From an uncultured Thermoleophilia bacterium (GTDB taxonomy: Bacteria; Actinomycetota; Thermoleophilia; UBA2241): a stretch of DNA of 64,000 bases. The stretch spans positions 208,928-272,927 of the forward strand of contig CAWFDC010000011.1 of the NCBI GenBank assembly GCA_963814545.1, read 5' to 3'. The notes below the pieces were generated by a model. The model saw nothing but the letters and a program-made list of their open reading frames with translations, was not told where the DNA came from and did no database searches. Below, one piece after another: positions 18,965-29,127 of the stretch. The translations under genes and the position numbers were made by a program. The first letter of the stretch is position 1. The number at the start of each line of letters is the position of its first letter.

Positions 18965-20087
18965 CTAGCTCCTCTTCACCTCTTGCCACACCTTGATCCA
19001 CTCGTCATACCCCTCTTCGGGAGGCGCGGCCGGCACGATGTTGGTCCAGTCCTTGACGATCCCGGCCTCTGCTTGCTTCTCAGGCGTCAGCAAGGGGATC
19101 GTGGTCGACAGTGTGGGGAGGTAATCCCACTCCGTCACCTCGAAGGCCTGGGCCTCGGGCGACAGGTAGTAGTCGATCAGGGCGTACGCGGCGTCGACGT
19201 TCTGGCAGGTGCTGCTGATGCCGTACCCGCAGGTCCAGACGATCTGCCCCTCTTCGCACGTCGTGAACTCCACAGGATCGCCCTCGTCCTGCGCGTTCTT
19301 CGCATTGCTGGGGTACCCGAGGCCGAGCGAGATCTCGCCGGTGTGGAAGAGCGCCACGATCTCCGAGTCGTTCGAGAAGAACGTGCGGAACTGGCCGCGC
19401 TGCTTCGCCTCGATGTACAGGTTCTTCACGTTCTCCAGCTGCTCGGAGCTCAGGTTGATCGGATCCTCATAGCCCAGGGCCAGCGCGCCCACCTGGATGG
19501 CCGTCATCGCGTAGTCGATCATCGCGACCTGGCCCTCGTACTTCGGGTCGAACAGGTCCATGAACGAGGTCGGCGTCTCCGTCACCTTCGTGGTGTCGTA
19601 GGCGATGCCGGTCACCCCGGCGTCGACGGGCGCCACGTAGTGCTGCCCGTCCCCCGACGTGACCCCCGGCAGGTCCGTCATCACGGGGAACATCTCGCCC
19701 CAGTGCGTCAGCCGGCTGATATCGAGCGGCACCACGAGACCGAGTCTCACGGCCCTCTCGGCGTTCTCTTCCACGCAGAGGTTGATGACGTCGGCCTCGA
19801 ACCCCGCACGCAGCTTGGCGACGGCGGCGTCGCCGTCTTCGTAGGCGCTGGCCTTGAGGTCGACATTCGGGTATTTCTCGTAGAACCCCGCGAGGTACTC
19901 CGGCACGAAGCCGTCCTCGTAGGCGAACACGGTGAGCTGGCCGGAGATGTCCTCGGGCTCCGGGGTGGCGCTGGTGCTCGGTGCCGGAGCGGCGGTCTCT
20001 TCGTCGCCGCAGGCACCGAGCAGCAGAGACGCCACCGACCAGGACGGTCACGAGCAACACAGTCCACAGGTGTGTCTTCGTGCTCAC
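18965..20087 (-). CDS. potD: Polyamine (spermidine/putrescine)-binding periplasmic lipoprotein PotD/PotF-like; 1-nt frameshift inside the signal peptide
   Basis: The mature part LLLGACGDEETAAP...QLTVFAYEDGFVPEYLAGF...KDWTNIV is a continuous 356-aa ORF. The signal peptide VSTKTHLWTVLLVTVLVGGVS (GTG ~20087 after AAGGAGG) is in another frame, with the junction near 20025. The lipobox is LLGAC. Confidence 0.65.
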
Positions 20088-20164
20088 ATCAAACCTCCTT
20101 GGAGGGGCGTCTTCGCCGCCCATGCGTGGCGCTGAACGAAGCAGGCCTGTGCATGCTACATAGT

Positions 20165-20184
20165 CAAGTGTCGACAGTCAACGG
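20165..20184. promoter_or_regulatory. Operator-like site C: CAAGTGTCGACAGTCAACGG
   Basis: It lies 80-100 bp upstream of the potD start, in the only sizeable intergenic gap of the pot operon region. Confidence 0.5.
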
Positions 20185-20221
20185 TATTGCGGCCCGGTCG
20201 CCGCGGTGCTAGCGTCGCTTC

Positions 20222-20912
20222 ATGATGAGTGGCGGTGACTTCACGGTCGAGCATGCCCTGGCGGTACTGATGAGTGCCCGCGGCGTGGACGCGTGGGGAG
20301 CGGCGGCGACCGCGCCAAGCTGGCCGGCGGCGCCGCCCCTGCCCACGGCGGTCTCGTTCGCCCTGGCGCTCCGCCCGGCCTCGCTCGAAGGCCTCGAGCG
20401 AGGCCCCAACGGACGCCGAGGTCGATGAATACCGCCGCGTCAACGACGAGCTGATCGAGATCGGCGAGGCGTGTGTGGCGCTCTTCCGTGCGCACGGCCA
20501 CGAGGGCGAGCGCGTCGACGACGACGCCCCGGACGGCCCGACGGACCCGGAGATCTTCGCCTCGAAGACGGCGGCGACGCAGGCGGGCCTCGGCTGGATC
20601 GGCAAGACCGCCCTTCTCGTGACCCCACGAGTTCGGCTCTGCCGTGCGTCTCGGCACCGTCTTCACGGACCTGCTGCTCCCCACGGGGACGCCGGTCACG
20701 GCCGGGCGCTGCGGCTCCTGCCGGGCCTGCGTCGACGCCTGCCCGGTCGATGCCGGACGGGACGTGACGTGGCAGCGCAGGTGTTCCACGGAGCACCCTC
20801 TACGACTGCGCTGCCTGCGATGCCTTCCAGCTCAGCTTTCCCGACCACGACGAGATCTGCGGCATCTGTATCTGGGTCTGCCCGTACACGAAGCGCGCCT
20901 TCCGTCGCTGAC
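20222..20912 (+). pseudogene. Epoxyqueuosine reductase QueG-like 4Fe-4S protein, fragmented by three or more frameshifts
   Basis: Pieces in three frames: TAATQAGLGWIGKTALLVTP (QueG hallmark GLGWIGK), RLGTVFTDLLLPTGTPVTAGRCGSCRACVDACPVDA, and TLYDCAACDAFQLSFPDHDEICGICIWVCPYTKRAFRR. Junctions are near 20400, 20640 and 20775. Confidence 0.5.
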
Positions 20913-20960
20913 GCCCGGGAGTCTGGGCGCGGCGGCGAGAGGCGGGGAAGGGGATCCGCG

Positions 20961-21716
20961 ATGAGGTTCCGCGACAAGGTGGCGCTGGTCACGGGCGGCA
21001 GCAGCGGGATAGGCCTCGCCACCGCGCGCCTGCTCGCGAGCGAAGGTGCGGCAGTGATGATCTGCGGCCGCGACCCCGACCGCCTGACGTCCGCCCTGCG
21101 GGCGCTCGAGGGGCTCGCCGGCAGCGTGGCAGAGGTGCGCTGCGACGTCAGTGACGAAGCCGCAGTGGACCGGCTCTTCGCCGAGATCGAGCGCCGATTC
21201 GGCAAGCTCGATATCTGCGTGTGCAACGCGGGCATCGAGACCGACGAGGGCTACGCTACCCTCGATCTGCCGAGCTCCGTGTTCGACGAGAACATGGCCG
21301 TCAACGTGCGCGGCGTCTTCCTGACGGCGCGCGGCGCGGCGCGCCTCATGACGGCGCGCGGTGCCGGCGCGATCGTCGCCATCGGCTCGTCGAGCGGCCT
21401 CGTCGTCGACCGCAAGGACCCCTCACCCGTCTACAACGCGACGAAGGCCGCCGTCCACATGTTCGCGCGCTCGCTGGCCGTCGAACTGGCACCGTTCGGC
21501 ATCCGCGTCAACGCGGTCGCACCTGGATGGATCGAGACCGGCATGACGGCCGAGGACGACGAGGACACGGTGGCGGCCGCACTGGCCGCGATCCCTCTGG
21601 GCCGCTACGGCAGAACGGACGAGGTCGCCGAGGCCGTCGCCTTCGCAGCCAGCGACGCGGCATCGTTCATGACCGGCGCGGTCCTCGTCATCGACGGCGG
21701 CGAGACGCTGAGCTGA
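20961..21716 (+). CDS. Short-chain dehydrogenase/reductase (SDR) family oxidoreductase
   Basis: ATG follows GGGAAGGGGA. Motifs: TGGSSGIG (cofactor), NAG, and YNATK (catalytic Y-x3-K). Confidence 0.8.
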   Translation: MRFRDKVALVTGGSSGIGLATARLLASEGAAVMICGRDPDRLTSALRALEGLAGSVAEVRCDVSDEAAVDRLFAEIERRFGKLDICVCNAGIETDEGYATLDLPSSVFDENMAVNVRGVFLTARGAARLMTARGAGAIVAIGSSSGLVVDRKDPSPVYNATKAAVHMFARSLAVELAPFGIRVNAVAPGWIETGMTAEDDEDTVAAALAAIPLGRYGRTDEVAEAVAFAASDAASFMTGAVLVIDGGETLS

Positions 21717-21774
21717 CTGCATCACCAGGTGCAGAGACGAGATCGTCTGGCCGCACGACGACCGATGAGTACCG

Positions 21775-22572
21775 TCACCCGTGGGTCGCGAGGTACGCCT
21801 CGGCGATCTCCAGCAGACGTGCACGGCCGAAGCTCGGGTCGTGACCGCCGTGCACGGTCGTCACCGGCAGCTCGCGCAGGCGGTGCATCGTCCGCACGTA
21901 GGCGCCGACGTCGCTGCCGGGCATCTGGTCGAGCAGCGGCCCGTCACGGTACACCGCGTCACCTGAGAAGAGGACGCCGGTCCTCTCCTCCCACAGCCCG
22001 ATGCTACCCGGCGAATGCCCCGGCAGGTGCAGCACGGTGAAGACGCGATCGCCGAGCGCGATCGCGTCGCCCTCGTCGACGGTGCGGGTCGCGATGGTCG
22101 CCCGGATCGCGAACGTCGCCGCATCGAAGCCGTCGTAGGGCACCGCCGTCACCAGGACCTCGGGCAGTTCCATGCCGTCGGCGGCGATCTCGCGCAGCAG
22201 GCTCTCAGGGAACTGCGCCGTGGTCAGACACGCCGCATCGGCGGCCGTCGCGAGCGTTTCCGCCTCGAGCCGGTGGACCAGGCGCTCAGGGAACTCGTGC
22301 ATGCCGCCCATGTGATCGGAGTGCGTGTGGGTGGCGACCGCGATCAGGGGCTTGCCCGGGCGCTCCTGCAGGGCTCGCGCCCTCGGCAGCAGCGGAGCGA
22401 TGCCGTTGCCGGTGTCGACGAGCAAGTCGCGGTCACGACCCTTGACCAGCCACAGGTTGGCGCGGAGGAACTCGTCGACCCAGGGTTCGGTCAGCAGCGT
22501 CACGCCGACGCCGACCGGCGCCGCGGAGAACCACTCGGCGGCGACGGGGAGTCTCGTCGCTCCGCCCCCCAT
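21775..22572 (-). CDS. MBL-fold metallo-hydrolase
   Basis: HTHSDHMGG matches the HxHxDH motif. Downstream residues HLPGHSPGS and HGGHD complete the family pattern. Start chosen at MGGGATRLPVAAEW. Confidence 0.65.
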   Translation of the reverse strand: MGGGATRLPVAAEWFSAAPVGVGVTLLTEPWVDEFLRANLWLVKGRDRDLLVDTGNGIAPLLPRARALQERPGKPLIAVATHTHSDHMGGMHEFPERLVHRLEAETLATAADAACLTTAQFPESLLREIAADGMELPEVLVTAVPYDGFDAATFAIRATIATRTVDEGDAIALGDRVFTVLHLPGHSPGSIGLWEERTGVLFSGDAVYRDGPLLDQMPGSDVGAYVRTMHRLRELPVTTVHGGHDPSFGRARLLEIAEAYLATHG

Positions 22573-22643
22573 CGTCGCTCGCCCGTTCACCGTCCCCTCA
22601 CCGCCTGTCGTCATCCGCCGCCTCGAGACGCCGCCGCCGACGT

Positions 22644-23444
22644 TCAGGGCTCCGGCACCGGTGGGTTGAGCGTCGGGTCGTACCACTCGCCGGTGAGCTC
22701 GCCACCGTCAACGATGATCGTCTCGCCGTTGATGTACGAGGCGTCGTCGGAGGCGAGGAAGAGGACCACAGCGGCCTGCTCGCGGGCCTGCGCCGGCCGG
22801 CGCATCGGCACGCGACTGCAGTACTCGACGAACTCCCGCCGGTACTCTTCAGGCGTGAGCTCGGCCGCGGCCTCTGGGGTGACCGTCTGCCCCGGCGCCA
22901 CGCAACACGCACGCAGGCCCACGTGTCCGAGCTCATGGGCGAAGCACCGCGTCATCATGACGAGGGCGGCCTTCGAGGTGTTGTAGTTGGTCGCCGGCGA
23001 CTCCACGCGAAACGCATTGGCGGAGGCGATGTTGATGATGACCCCGCCGCCCTGCTCCACCATGTGGCGCGCCGCCGCCTGGCTGGCGTAAAACGGCCCG
23101 TCCAGGTTGATCGCCATGGTGTCGCGCCATGTCCTCTCCTCCATCTCGAGGACGGGACCGTACGGCATGATCGCCGCGTTGTTGACCAGCACGTGTACGC
23201 GCCCCAGGGCGGCCACCGCGGCGGACACCATGTCACGAGCCTGCTCCGGAACGCCCATGTCGGCGACGGCAGTGTGGACGCGCTGTGGCGCACTGGATGC
23301 GGCGCGCATCTTCTCGAGCAGCGCACCGCGGCGCGCCACCGCGAACACGCCGGCGCCTTCGTCGACGAAGGCGTGAGCGATGGCCCAGCCGATGCCGCTC
23401 GAAGCCCCGGTGACGATCACGTTCTTGCCTGCGAAGCGTCCCAC
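22644..23444 (-). CDS. SDR family oxidoreductase
   Basis: TGASSGIG, NNAA and YNTSKAAL motifs are present. The 266-aa ORF is intact. Confidence 0.8.
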   Translation of the reverse strand: MGRFAGKNVIVTGASSGIGWAIAHAFVDEGAGVFAVARRGALLEKMRAASSAPQRVHTAVADMGVPEQARDMVSAAVAALGRVHVLVNNAAIMPYGPVLEMEERTWRDTMAINLDGPFYASQAAARHMVEQGGGVIINIASANAFRVESPATNYNTSKAALVMMTRCFAHELGHVGLRACCVAPGQTVTPEAAAELTPEEYRREFVEYCSRVPMRRPAQAREQAAVVLFLASDDASYINGETIIVDGGELTGEWYDPTLNPPVPEP

Positions 23445-23482
23445 GGCTCCTCCCTGGTCGGGTTCGTCCTCGGCGTGGCGCG

Positions 23483-24337
23483 CTAGCCGACTCTAGGGTA
23501 GAACAGCGGCGCGCCGCGAGCACCGACGTCCCCCACGAGAAGGTGCCACTCGCCGACGTTCGCTATCGCCAGGCGATCGAGCTCGGAGCCGACGAACGCG
23601 GCGTTCGTCGGCGTGTTGAGCTTGAGCCCTCGGGGATCGTCGGCGACGACGACGAGATCGCCGTCCGGGGCGAGACGGTAGACGCGGTCCGGGCGATAAC
23701 ACGCGATGTAGAGCGCGCCCTCGTCGTCGAAGGCGATGCCGTCGGGCACGTGGGCGTCCGGGAGCTCGACGACCAGCGCCGGCTCGCCGGCCGCGCCGTC
23801 CGCACCGACCGGCACGCGCCATACGCCCGGCAGGCTGGACTCGACGACGTAGAGCCAGCGCCCATCGGCGCTGAAGCAGCAGCCGTTCGGGTAACGCCGG
23901 AGGGCGGCCGTCCAGACGACCGTCTCCCCGCCGGGCGCGATGCGGTAGATCGCGCCGTTCTGCTCCTCCCAATCGGAGGAGTCCGTGACGTACAGGTTGC
24001 CGGCGGCGTCGAAGGCGCAGTAGTTCGGCTCGATCATGTCGCGCTCCACGCTCCCCGCAGAGTAGACCTCCACGTCGCCGGACCGCGGGTCCACGCGCAG
24101 CACCTCGGCACGTCCTTCATCGCAGGCGTAGACCGTGCCGGCTGCATCGACCGCGAGGCCGAGGATGCCGCCGCCGGTGTCGGCCACCTGGGCGACCTCG
24201 CCGTCGAGCGTGACGGCGTAGATCTGCCCCGCCTCGCCGCCGGCGTAGATGCGACCGGTCGCCGGGTCCCAGGCGAGGTCCTCGGGGTGATCCAGGTCCT
24301 CGGTCAGGATCTCGAACTCGCCGAGCATGTCGGTCAT
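23483..24337 (-). CDS. SMP-30/gluconolactonase/LRE-like beta-propeller protein
   Basis: It shows repeated blade motifs (GRIYAGG, GTVYACD, GNLYVTD, RWLYVVE, ALYIACY). The 284-aa ORF is intact. Confidence 0.6.
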   Translation of the reverse strand: MTDMLGEFEILTEDLDHPEDLAWDPATGRIYAGGEAGQIYAVTLDGEVAQVADTGGGILGLAVDAAGTVYACDEGRAEVLRVDPRSGDVEVYSAGSVERDMIEPNYCAFDAAGNLYVTDSSDWEEQNGAIYRIAPGGETVVWTAALRRYPNGCCFSADGRWLYVVESSLPGVWRVPVGADGAAGEPALVVELPDAHVPDGIAFDDEGALYIACYRPDRVYRLAPDGDLVVVADDPRGLKLNTPTNAAFVGSELDRLAIANVGEWHLLVGDVGARGAPLFYPRVG

Positions 24338-24367
24338 CGCCGCCCCTTCGTTTCGCTCGCCCGCTTC

Positions 24368-24826
24368 CTACTCCTCACCCCTGAGCTTCTTCATCGCCGC
24401 CTTGACGGCGTCGCTGTCGACCGCCAGCTCGACGAAGCCGATGCGCTCGTCGTAGATCGCCGGGTCGACCTGCTCGCGCAGGTCGTCCTCGAAGATGTGC
24501 ACCACGGGGAGTCCCAACTGGACCCCTGCCAATGGACCGACGTAACTCGGGTCGCCTTCGGTGACCGTCTCGGCGACCATCTCGAGTCCCTCGAGATCGG
24601 CCGCCCCGAGCACCACCACCAGGTCGTCAGTGCCGTACCGCTCCACCGTCGACTTGATGCGACCCTGGTTCTCTGGGTCCATCGCTCCCGCCGCCGTTCA
24701 GACGAAGCACTCCGTCTCGATCATGACGACGTCGGCGCCCGCCGTGCGGACACAGTCGGCGATCGCCTCTCCCGAGACGCTGTCGCGCTCGCCCAGGGCG
24801 ATCACCTTCTTGCCCTTGAGATCCAT
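24368..24826 (-). CDS. grdA: Glycine/sarcosine/betaine reductase complex selenoprotein A (GrdA); in-frame TGA at 24698..24700 read as selenocysteine
   Basis: From ATG ~24826 (RBS GGAGG): MDLKGKKVIALGERDSVSGEAIADCVRTAGADVVMIETECFV-TGA-TAAGAMDPENQGRIKSTVERYGTDDLVVVLGAAD...GPLAGVQLGLPVVHIFEDD...KLRGEE. This is colinear with GrdA (CFV-U-TAAGAMD). The ORF track shows only the post-UGA part (24368..24682). Confidence 0.75.
24661..24679 (-). other. Candidate bacterial SECIS hairpin for grdA: GACCC-AGAGAACCA-GGGUC on the mRNA
   Basis: A stem-loop begins about 19 nt 3' of the UGA codon, the position expected for a SelB-binding element. Confidence 0.4.
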
Positions 24827-25150
24827 CACTCACCTCCCTCCACCAGCCTGCCGACAGCGGCCTCCACCTCGGCCGCCGAAGGGTTCCCGCTCAGACGCTC
24901 GACTTCGACGCCGTCGCGGTAGAGCACGAACGTGGGCATGGCGATCGACCTTCAGGTCGCGAGCGATCTGACGGTTCTCGGCGGCGTTCACCTTGACCAG
25001 CGTGAACCTGCCCTCGCACTTCTTCTCGAGCTTCTCGACCGCCGGCATGAGCGCCAGGCACGGCACGCAGCGCGGCCCCCAGAAGTCGACCATCACGTTG
25101 CCCGACGCGACGAGCGCGGGGAACGAATCCACGGTTGCGTCGACTGCCAT
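24826..25150 (-). CDS. trxA: Thioredoxin (TrxA), with one frameshift near 24945
   Basis: The N-terminus MAVDATVDSFPALVASGNVMVDFWGPRCVPCLALMPAVEKL carries the WGxxCxxC active site and runs to ...IARDLKV. The C-terminus SIAMPTFVLYRDGVEVERLSGNPSAAEVEAAVGRLVEGGE is in the +1 frame. The stop overlaps the grdA ATG (TGATG). Confidence 0.7.
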
Positions 25151-26467
25151 TCACACCTCCACGATCACGGAGACCGCATCCCACATCTGGGTCATGCGGC
25201 CGAGGAACAGACTGCCCTTCGCCATCAGCATCGTCGACGTCAGCTCGCCACGCGCGAAGCGATCCAGGGCATGCGGGATCCAGGGCACCGCTGAGGCGAT
25301 ATGGCCCTGGGTCGGCGAGAAGCCGGGCAGGCCGCGACGACGACAGAAGTCGTTCATCTCGTCGCGGCCCAGCTCGCCGCGCGTCACGGCGAGGGCCGCC
25401 AGCAGCTTGTAGTTGCGCTCCGGCACGTCGTAGCCGCCGGCCGGCTCGGTGATCTCCGGGTTGTGGAGCTCCGTCGAGTACACGTCGATGTCGGCCACCT
25501 TGCGCCCGAGCTTGTCGAGCGGCACGCCGACGACCTCCTTGAGCAGCGACTGCTGCGAGGAGTCGCTGCCGATACGGTGCTGACCCACGGCGTCGAGCCG
25601 CAACCGGGGGCGTCGCCGCCGGCCGGCCCCACGCAGGACGGCCATGCCGGCGAGCACGTCCTCGAGCACGGGCACGCCCCGGTCGAGAGTGCCCTTGAAC
25701 TTCATGCCGAGCTTGGCCAGCGACCCGCCGGCGACCACCACGACGCGCTCGAAGGTGCCGGACTCGACGAGCGCGCCGGCCATGATGAGAGCGTGCACCG
25801 GGCTGGTGCAGAAGGCCTTCACGTCGCTGCCGTTGGCGTTCACGAGGCCGCAGCACTCGGCGATCGCCTTGGCGAGCGCGCCGCCGCCGCGGTTGTAGCG
25901 GTCTCCCACCGCCTCTTCGCCGGCGCCGATCGCGTACCGGATCGACTCGGGGTCGACACCCGAGTGGGCCAGCATGGCGCGCAGCGCGTGCACCCCGCCC
26001 GCCTTGCAGGAGAGGTTCTCGAGCAGGGCGTGGGCGCTGAGCGCCGCGTCCTCGTCGTGGGCGCGCACGAACGCGCCCACGACCTCGCCACCGTCGAAGA
26101 GCGTCAGATCGCCTCTGTCGGGGCGTGCCTCCTCGCCCAGGCGCACGAGGTCGAAGAGGTCGACCTCGTCCATCAACTCGTAGAAGGAGCGCTGGTCGGC
26201 GATGTCGCCGTACGGTCCGGCCGCCGGGGCGGAACCGTCGATCCCCTCCCACCAGGGCCGCTCGCGGCTCCACAGCTCCTCGGGCCTGAGGTTGCCGATG
26301 AACGCCTGGTTCGGGGCGTAGCCGCAGGCCTGCTCGAACGTTCGCAGCTTGTCCTGCACGGTCGCGAACTTCTCGGCCTCGCGCGCCGGCTTGGAGCCGA
26401 AGCGCACCAGGTCCGGCACGTGGTCCAACACGAACGACGCGGCTAGGATCCCGGCACGCCGCGTCAC
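25151..26467 (-). CDS. Putative glycine reductase complex protein C subunit (GrdC/GrdD-like, thiolase/KAS-like fold)
   Basis: A continuous 438-aa ORF sits between grdB and trxA. The thiolase-like segment DVKAFCTSPVHALIMAGALVESGTFERVVVVAGGS suggests protein C. Its stop abuts the trxA ATG. Assignment is by operon context and motif only. Confidence 0.45.
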   Translation of the reverse strand: MTRRAGILAASFVLDHVPDLVRFGSKPAREAEKFATVQDKLRTFEQACGYAPNQAFIGNLRPEELWSRERPWWEGIDGSAPAAGPYGDIADQRSFYELMDEVDLFDLVRLGEEARPDRGDLTLFDGGEVVGAFVRAHDEDAALSAHALLENLSCKAGGVHALRAMLAHSGVDPESIRYAIGAGEEAVGDRYNRGGGALAKAIAECCGLVNANGSDVKAFCTSPVHALIMAGALVESGTFERVVVVAGGSLAKLGMKFKGTLDRGVPVLEDVLAGMAVLRGAGRRRRPRLRLDAVGQHRIGSDSSQQSLLKEVVGVPLDKLGRKVADIDVYSTELHNPEITEPAGGYDVPERNYKLLAALAVTRGELGRDEMNDFCRRRGLPGFSPTQGHIASAVPWIPHALDRFARGELTSTMLMAKGSLFLGRMTQMWDAVSVIVEV

Positions 26468-26507
26468 GGTCCCACTCGCAGGTCCTCGCTCGCGCGGCCT
26501 CCGTCAC

Positions 26508-27788
26508 TCACTCTCGTTCCTCCCATACGGTCCGCGGCTGTACGTCCGTCTCGAGCATGGAGACGGCGCGCTCCACGATGCGGCGCCGCAGCACGCGCTC
26601 GTCGGCGGCGCCGAGACCGGGCTCGCCCACCGGGTTCGTGACGGCGACCCCGCGCAGCGTTCGGTTCGTCCCGACCATGGTCGCGATCGTCGGGAGCGCC
26701 GTGATGAACACCGTCGGTATCCCCGCACGCTCGATCTCCTTGCTCAGCGTTGCCCCGCAACGCGTGCCCGTCCCTCAGGTGCCCGTGAGGATCACCGCCT
26801 GGATGCCCGCGTCGCGCAGGCGCAGCGCGATCTCCTGTCCGAACTTCGCCGCCGTGGCCACCGGGGTCGAGTTGCCGGTCGTGGTGTAGAGCGTCTCGTG
26901 CAGCGCACCGATCCGTCCCTCGCCCAGCAGGCTGCGGACGGCGTCGAGCGGCACGAGACGGTCGGGGTCGGCGTTGGCGATGCTCGTGTCGTAGCCGCCG
27001 TGCACCGTCTCCCAGCTCTCCGGCTCGAGGCCGGCCAGGCCGTCGAGAGGGTAGGCGAACCACGCGTGCGCGCGGTTCGATTCGAGGCGGTCCGGGTTGC
27101 CCTTCGGCACCAGACCGGACTCGGTGACCAAGGCCACGGTCGCCGCGGCGACGTCCGCGAGCGGCGGCGGCGGCGGGACGTCGTCGAACGCCGCCGTCAC
27201 CTCGGTACGGACGTCCCCGGAGAGCTTGGCGAGCAGCAGTTCGACCGCGCGCTGTGCGCCGGTGAGCTCGGCGCGCTCGTTGCGCCGCAGGCCGCGGGGG
27301 AGATAGCCCTCCTCGTCGGGCGGCCCCAGAGTCTCTCCGGCCGCCAGCCGGCGCGCCAGGACCGCCATCCGCGGCAGCGCGTCGCGCATGCCCTTCACCG
27401 TGATGTCGGTCGGCACGATGTAGGCGGCGCCCTCGGCGGCGAGCACTCCGGGGCTCTCCGGATGCATGCCGCAGACCGCGGGTACGCCGCCGCGCGCCGC
27501 CTCGCGCGCGAGCGCGCCGCAGGCGTAGCCGTAACGGCCCGAACCGAACGACGGCCCGCAGACGAGCACGTCGGGCTGCTCCTCGCCGAGCCAGCGCAGG
27601 AGCTGCGCGAGCGCGTCTTCTTCGTGCTCCCCGAAATAGTCATCGCCGCACACGAGGGTGACGGCGACGTCGAGACCGAGACCCTTCCCGGGCCCAACGG
27701 CGCCCTCCCGGCGCACCGGCTCCGTGTCCGCAGCCTCCTCGCCGCCGAGACCGGCGAAGAACTGGTTCACGTAGTGCACGACCTTCAC
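26508..27788 (-). CDS. grdB: Glycine reductase selenoprotein B (GrdB); in-frame TGA at 26775..26777 read as selenocysteine
   Basis: A GTG start overlaps the grdE stop (GTGA). MKVVHYVNQFFAGLGGEEAAD is the canonical GrdB N-terminus. The frame continues across TGA: ...AVILTGT-U-GTGTRCGATLSKEIERAGIPTVFITALPTIATMVGTNR...WEERE. The pieces appear as two ORFs in the track (26775..27926 and 26508..26711). Confidence 0.75.
26747..26763 (-). other. Candidate bacterial SECIS hairpin for grdB: GCGUUGC-GGG-GCAACGC
   Basis: A perfect 7-bp stem with a G-rich apical loop starts 11 nt 3' of the UGA, matching bacterial SECIS spacing. Confidence 0.5.
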
Positions 27789-29065
27789 CACGACACCGCC
27801 CGCAGGTGCATGTCCCCCATCTGGCAGAGCGCCCCCAGGTAGGTGACCGTCGGCACCGGGCCGGCTTCGTCGGCCGGGCGGCCAGCCCAGGTGCGGCGCC
27901 CGCCGACCACACGCTGCGGGCGCCACTCCGGCACCAGTTCCTCCTCGTTGCCGACGCTTACGATGCAGTCCGCCTCGGGCACGTGGTCGGTGAGACCGCC
28001 GTTCGTCTCGGCGAAGAGCACGACGGTACGGATGCCGAGGCGTTCGCAGGCACGGCAGGTGAGCACGGTGTCAGTGTGCGAGTTGCCCGTCTGGAAGGTC
28101 GTCAGAACGGCCGCCTCGGCTCCGACCTGACGGGCGAGCTTGGCGGCCATCAGCGCCGAGCGCTCCTTGTCGAAGGCGGAGGGAAGGTAGCCGAGCGTGA
28201 GGATCACGCCGCAGAAGCACAGGTCGACTCCGTGTCGGCGCAGCAGTTCGCGCAGCAGGCTGCTGCGCTGGAAGAAGTAGGTGGGATCGCGCACTCCGGC
28301 CCAGTCGTACTGCCCCGCGGTGAGCGCGCCGTCGAGCACCTCGCGCGCGTCGAGGAGCGTCGGCACCAGGCCGTTGAGAGGCCGACCGTAGAGGTACGTG
28401 TCGACGAGCGGGCCCTCTGAGGCCACCTGCAGGATGACGCACACTCGCGGCAGGTCGCCGGAGACGGGCGGTAGGTCGAGAAGATCGACGCGGTCGGGCG
28501 GCGCGTCCAGCGTGCTCGCCGCCAGGTCGCGAGCGACGCGCAGGGTCACCCGTCGGAGCGCGGCGTCCGCTTCGGCCGGCGGCGCCGCGGGGTCGCACTC
28601 ATAACTCAACACGACGTTCTGGGTGGCCGACCAGCGGGTGAGCTCGGCAGCGGGACCTGCCATGTCGACGAACGAGTCGCCATCGGGATAGACGTCGAGA
28701 CTCGTCACATCGTAGGTGCCGTGGAAGTCGGCAGTCGCCAGAACGGCGACCCCCTCGAGGCGGTGGGTCCCCCCGGCGCCCGCCACCGTCAGTGCGCCGA
28801 GCGCACCGGGGAAGGTCGTCGCGGGCTCGTCCGTCTTGACCGTCGGCTCGACGGCGTCGAGGACGTTGAGCACACGCACGGACTCGCCCGGCCGCACGAG
28901 CGTGACGCTCATCCCGAGCAGGCCTGGCTCACCGGCCGCCGCCTCCTCGAGGCCGGCCGTATCTACGGTCAGGACGCCGTCGCGCCACGAGGTCTCGGCG
29001 CCCGCCACCACGTCGTTCACCGCGAACGCGGCGAGCTCCAACGGCGGTGCGGACGTGGTGGGCAT
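27785..29065 (-). CDS. grdE: Glycine reductase protein B proprotein (GrdE-like, alpha/beta subunit precursor)
   Basis: This 426-aa ORF is translationally coupled to grdB. It has the upstream position typical of grdE in grd operons, and RBS GGAGG before the ATG at ~29065. Called mainly by context. Confidence 0.5.
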   Translation of the reverse strand: MPTTSAPPLELAAFAVNDVVAGAETSWRDGVLTVDTAGLEEAAAGEPGLLGMSVTLVRPGESVRVLNVLDAVEPTVKTDEPATTFPGALGALTVAGAGGTHRLEGVAVLATADFHGTYDVTSLDVYPDGDSFVDMAGPAAELTRWSATQNVVLSYECDPAAPPAEADAALRRVTLRVARDLAASTLDAPPDRVDLLDLPPVSGDLPRVCVILQVASEGPLVDTYLYGRPLNGLVPTLLDAREVLDGALTAGQYDWAGVRDPTYFFQRSSLLRELLRRHGVDLCFCGVILTLGYLPSAFDKERSALMAAKLARQVGAEAAVLTTFQTGNSHTDTVLTCRACERLGIRTVVLFAETNGGLTDHVPEADCIVSVGNEEELVPEWRPQRVVGGRRTWAGRPADEAGPVPTVTYLGALCQMGDMHLRAVSW

Positions 29066-29086
29066 ACGGTCGCCTCCAGATGCAGA

Positions 29087-29110
29087 GCGTCGACTGTCGA
29101 CAGTCTACGG
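29087..29110. promoter_or_regulatory. Operator-like site D: perfect 14-bp palindrome GACTGTCGACAGTC (29092..29105) flanked by GTCGAC/GTCTAC
   Basis: It lies 27-40 bp upstream of the grdE ATG, in the 62-bp gap between ltaE and grdE. Confidence 0.55.
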
Positions 29111-29127
29111 GCGGCCTGCCGCCGCGG

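Noticed and set aside
24891-26507. 538-aa reverse ORF overlapping the grd protein-C-like gene
   Set aside because: An Arg/Gly-rich shadow frame with no motifs. The 25151..26467 frame is the coding one.
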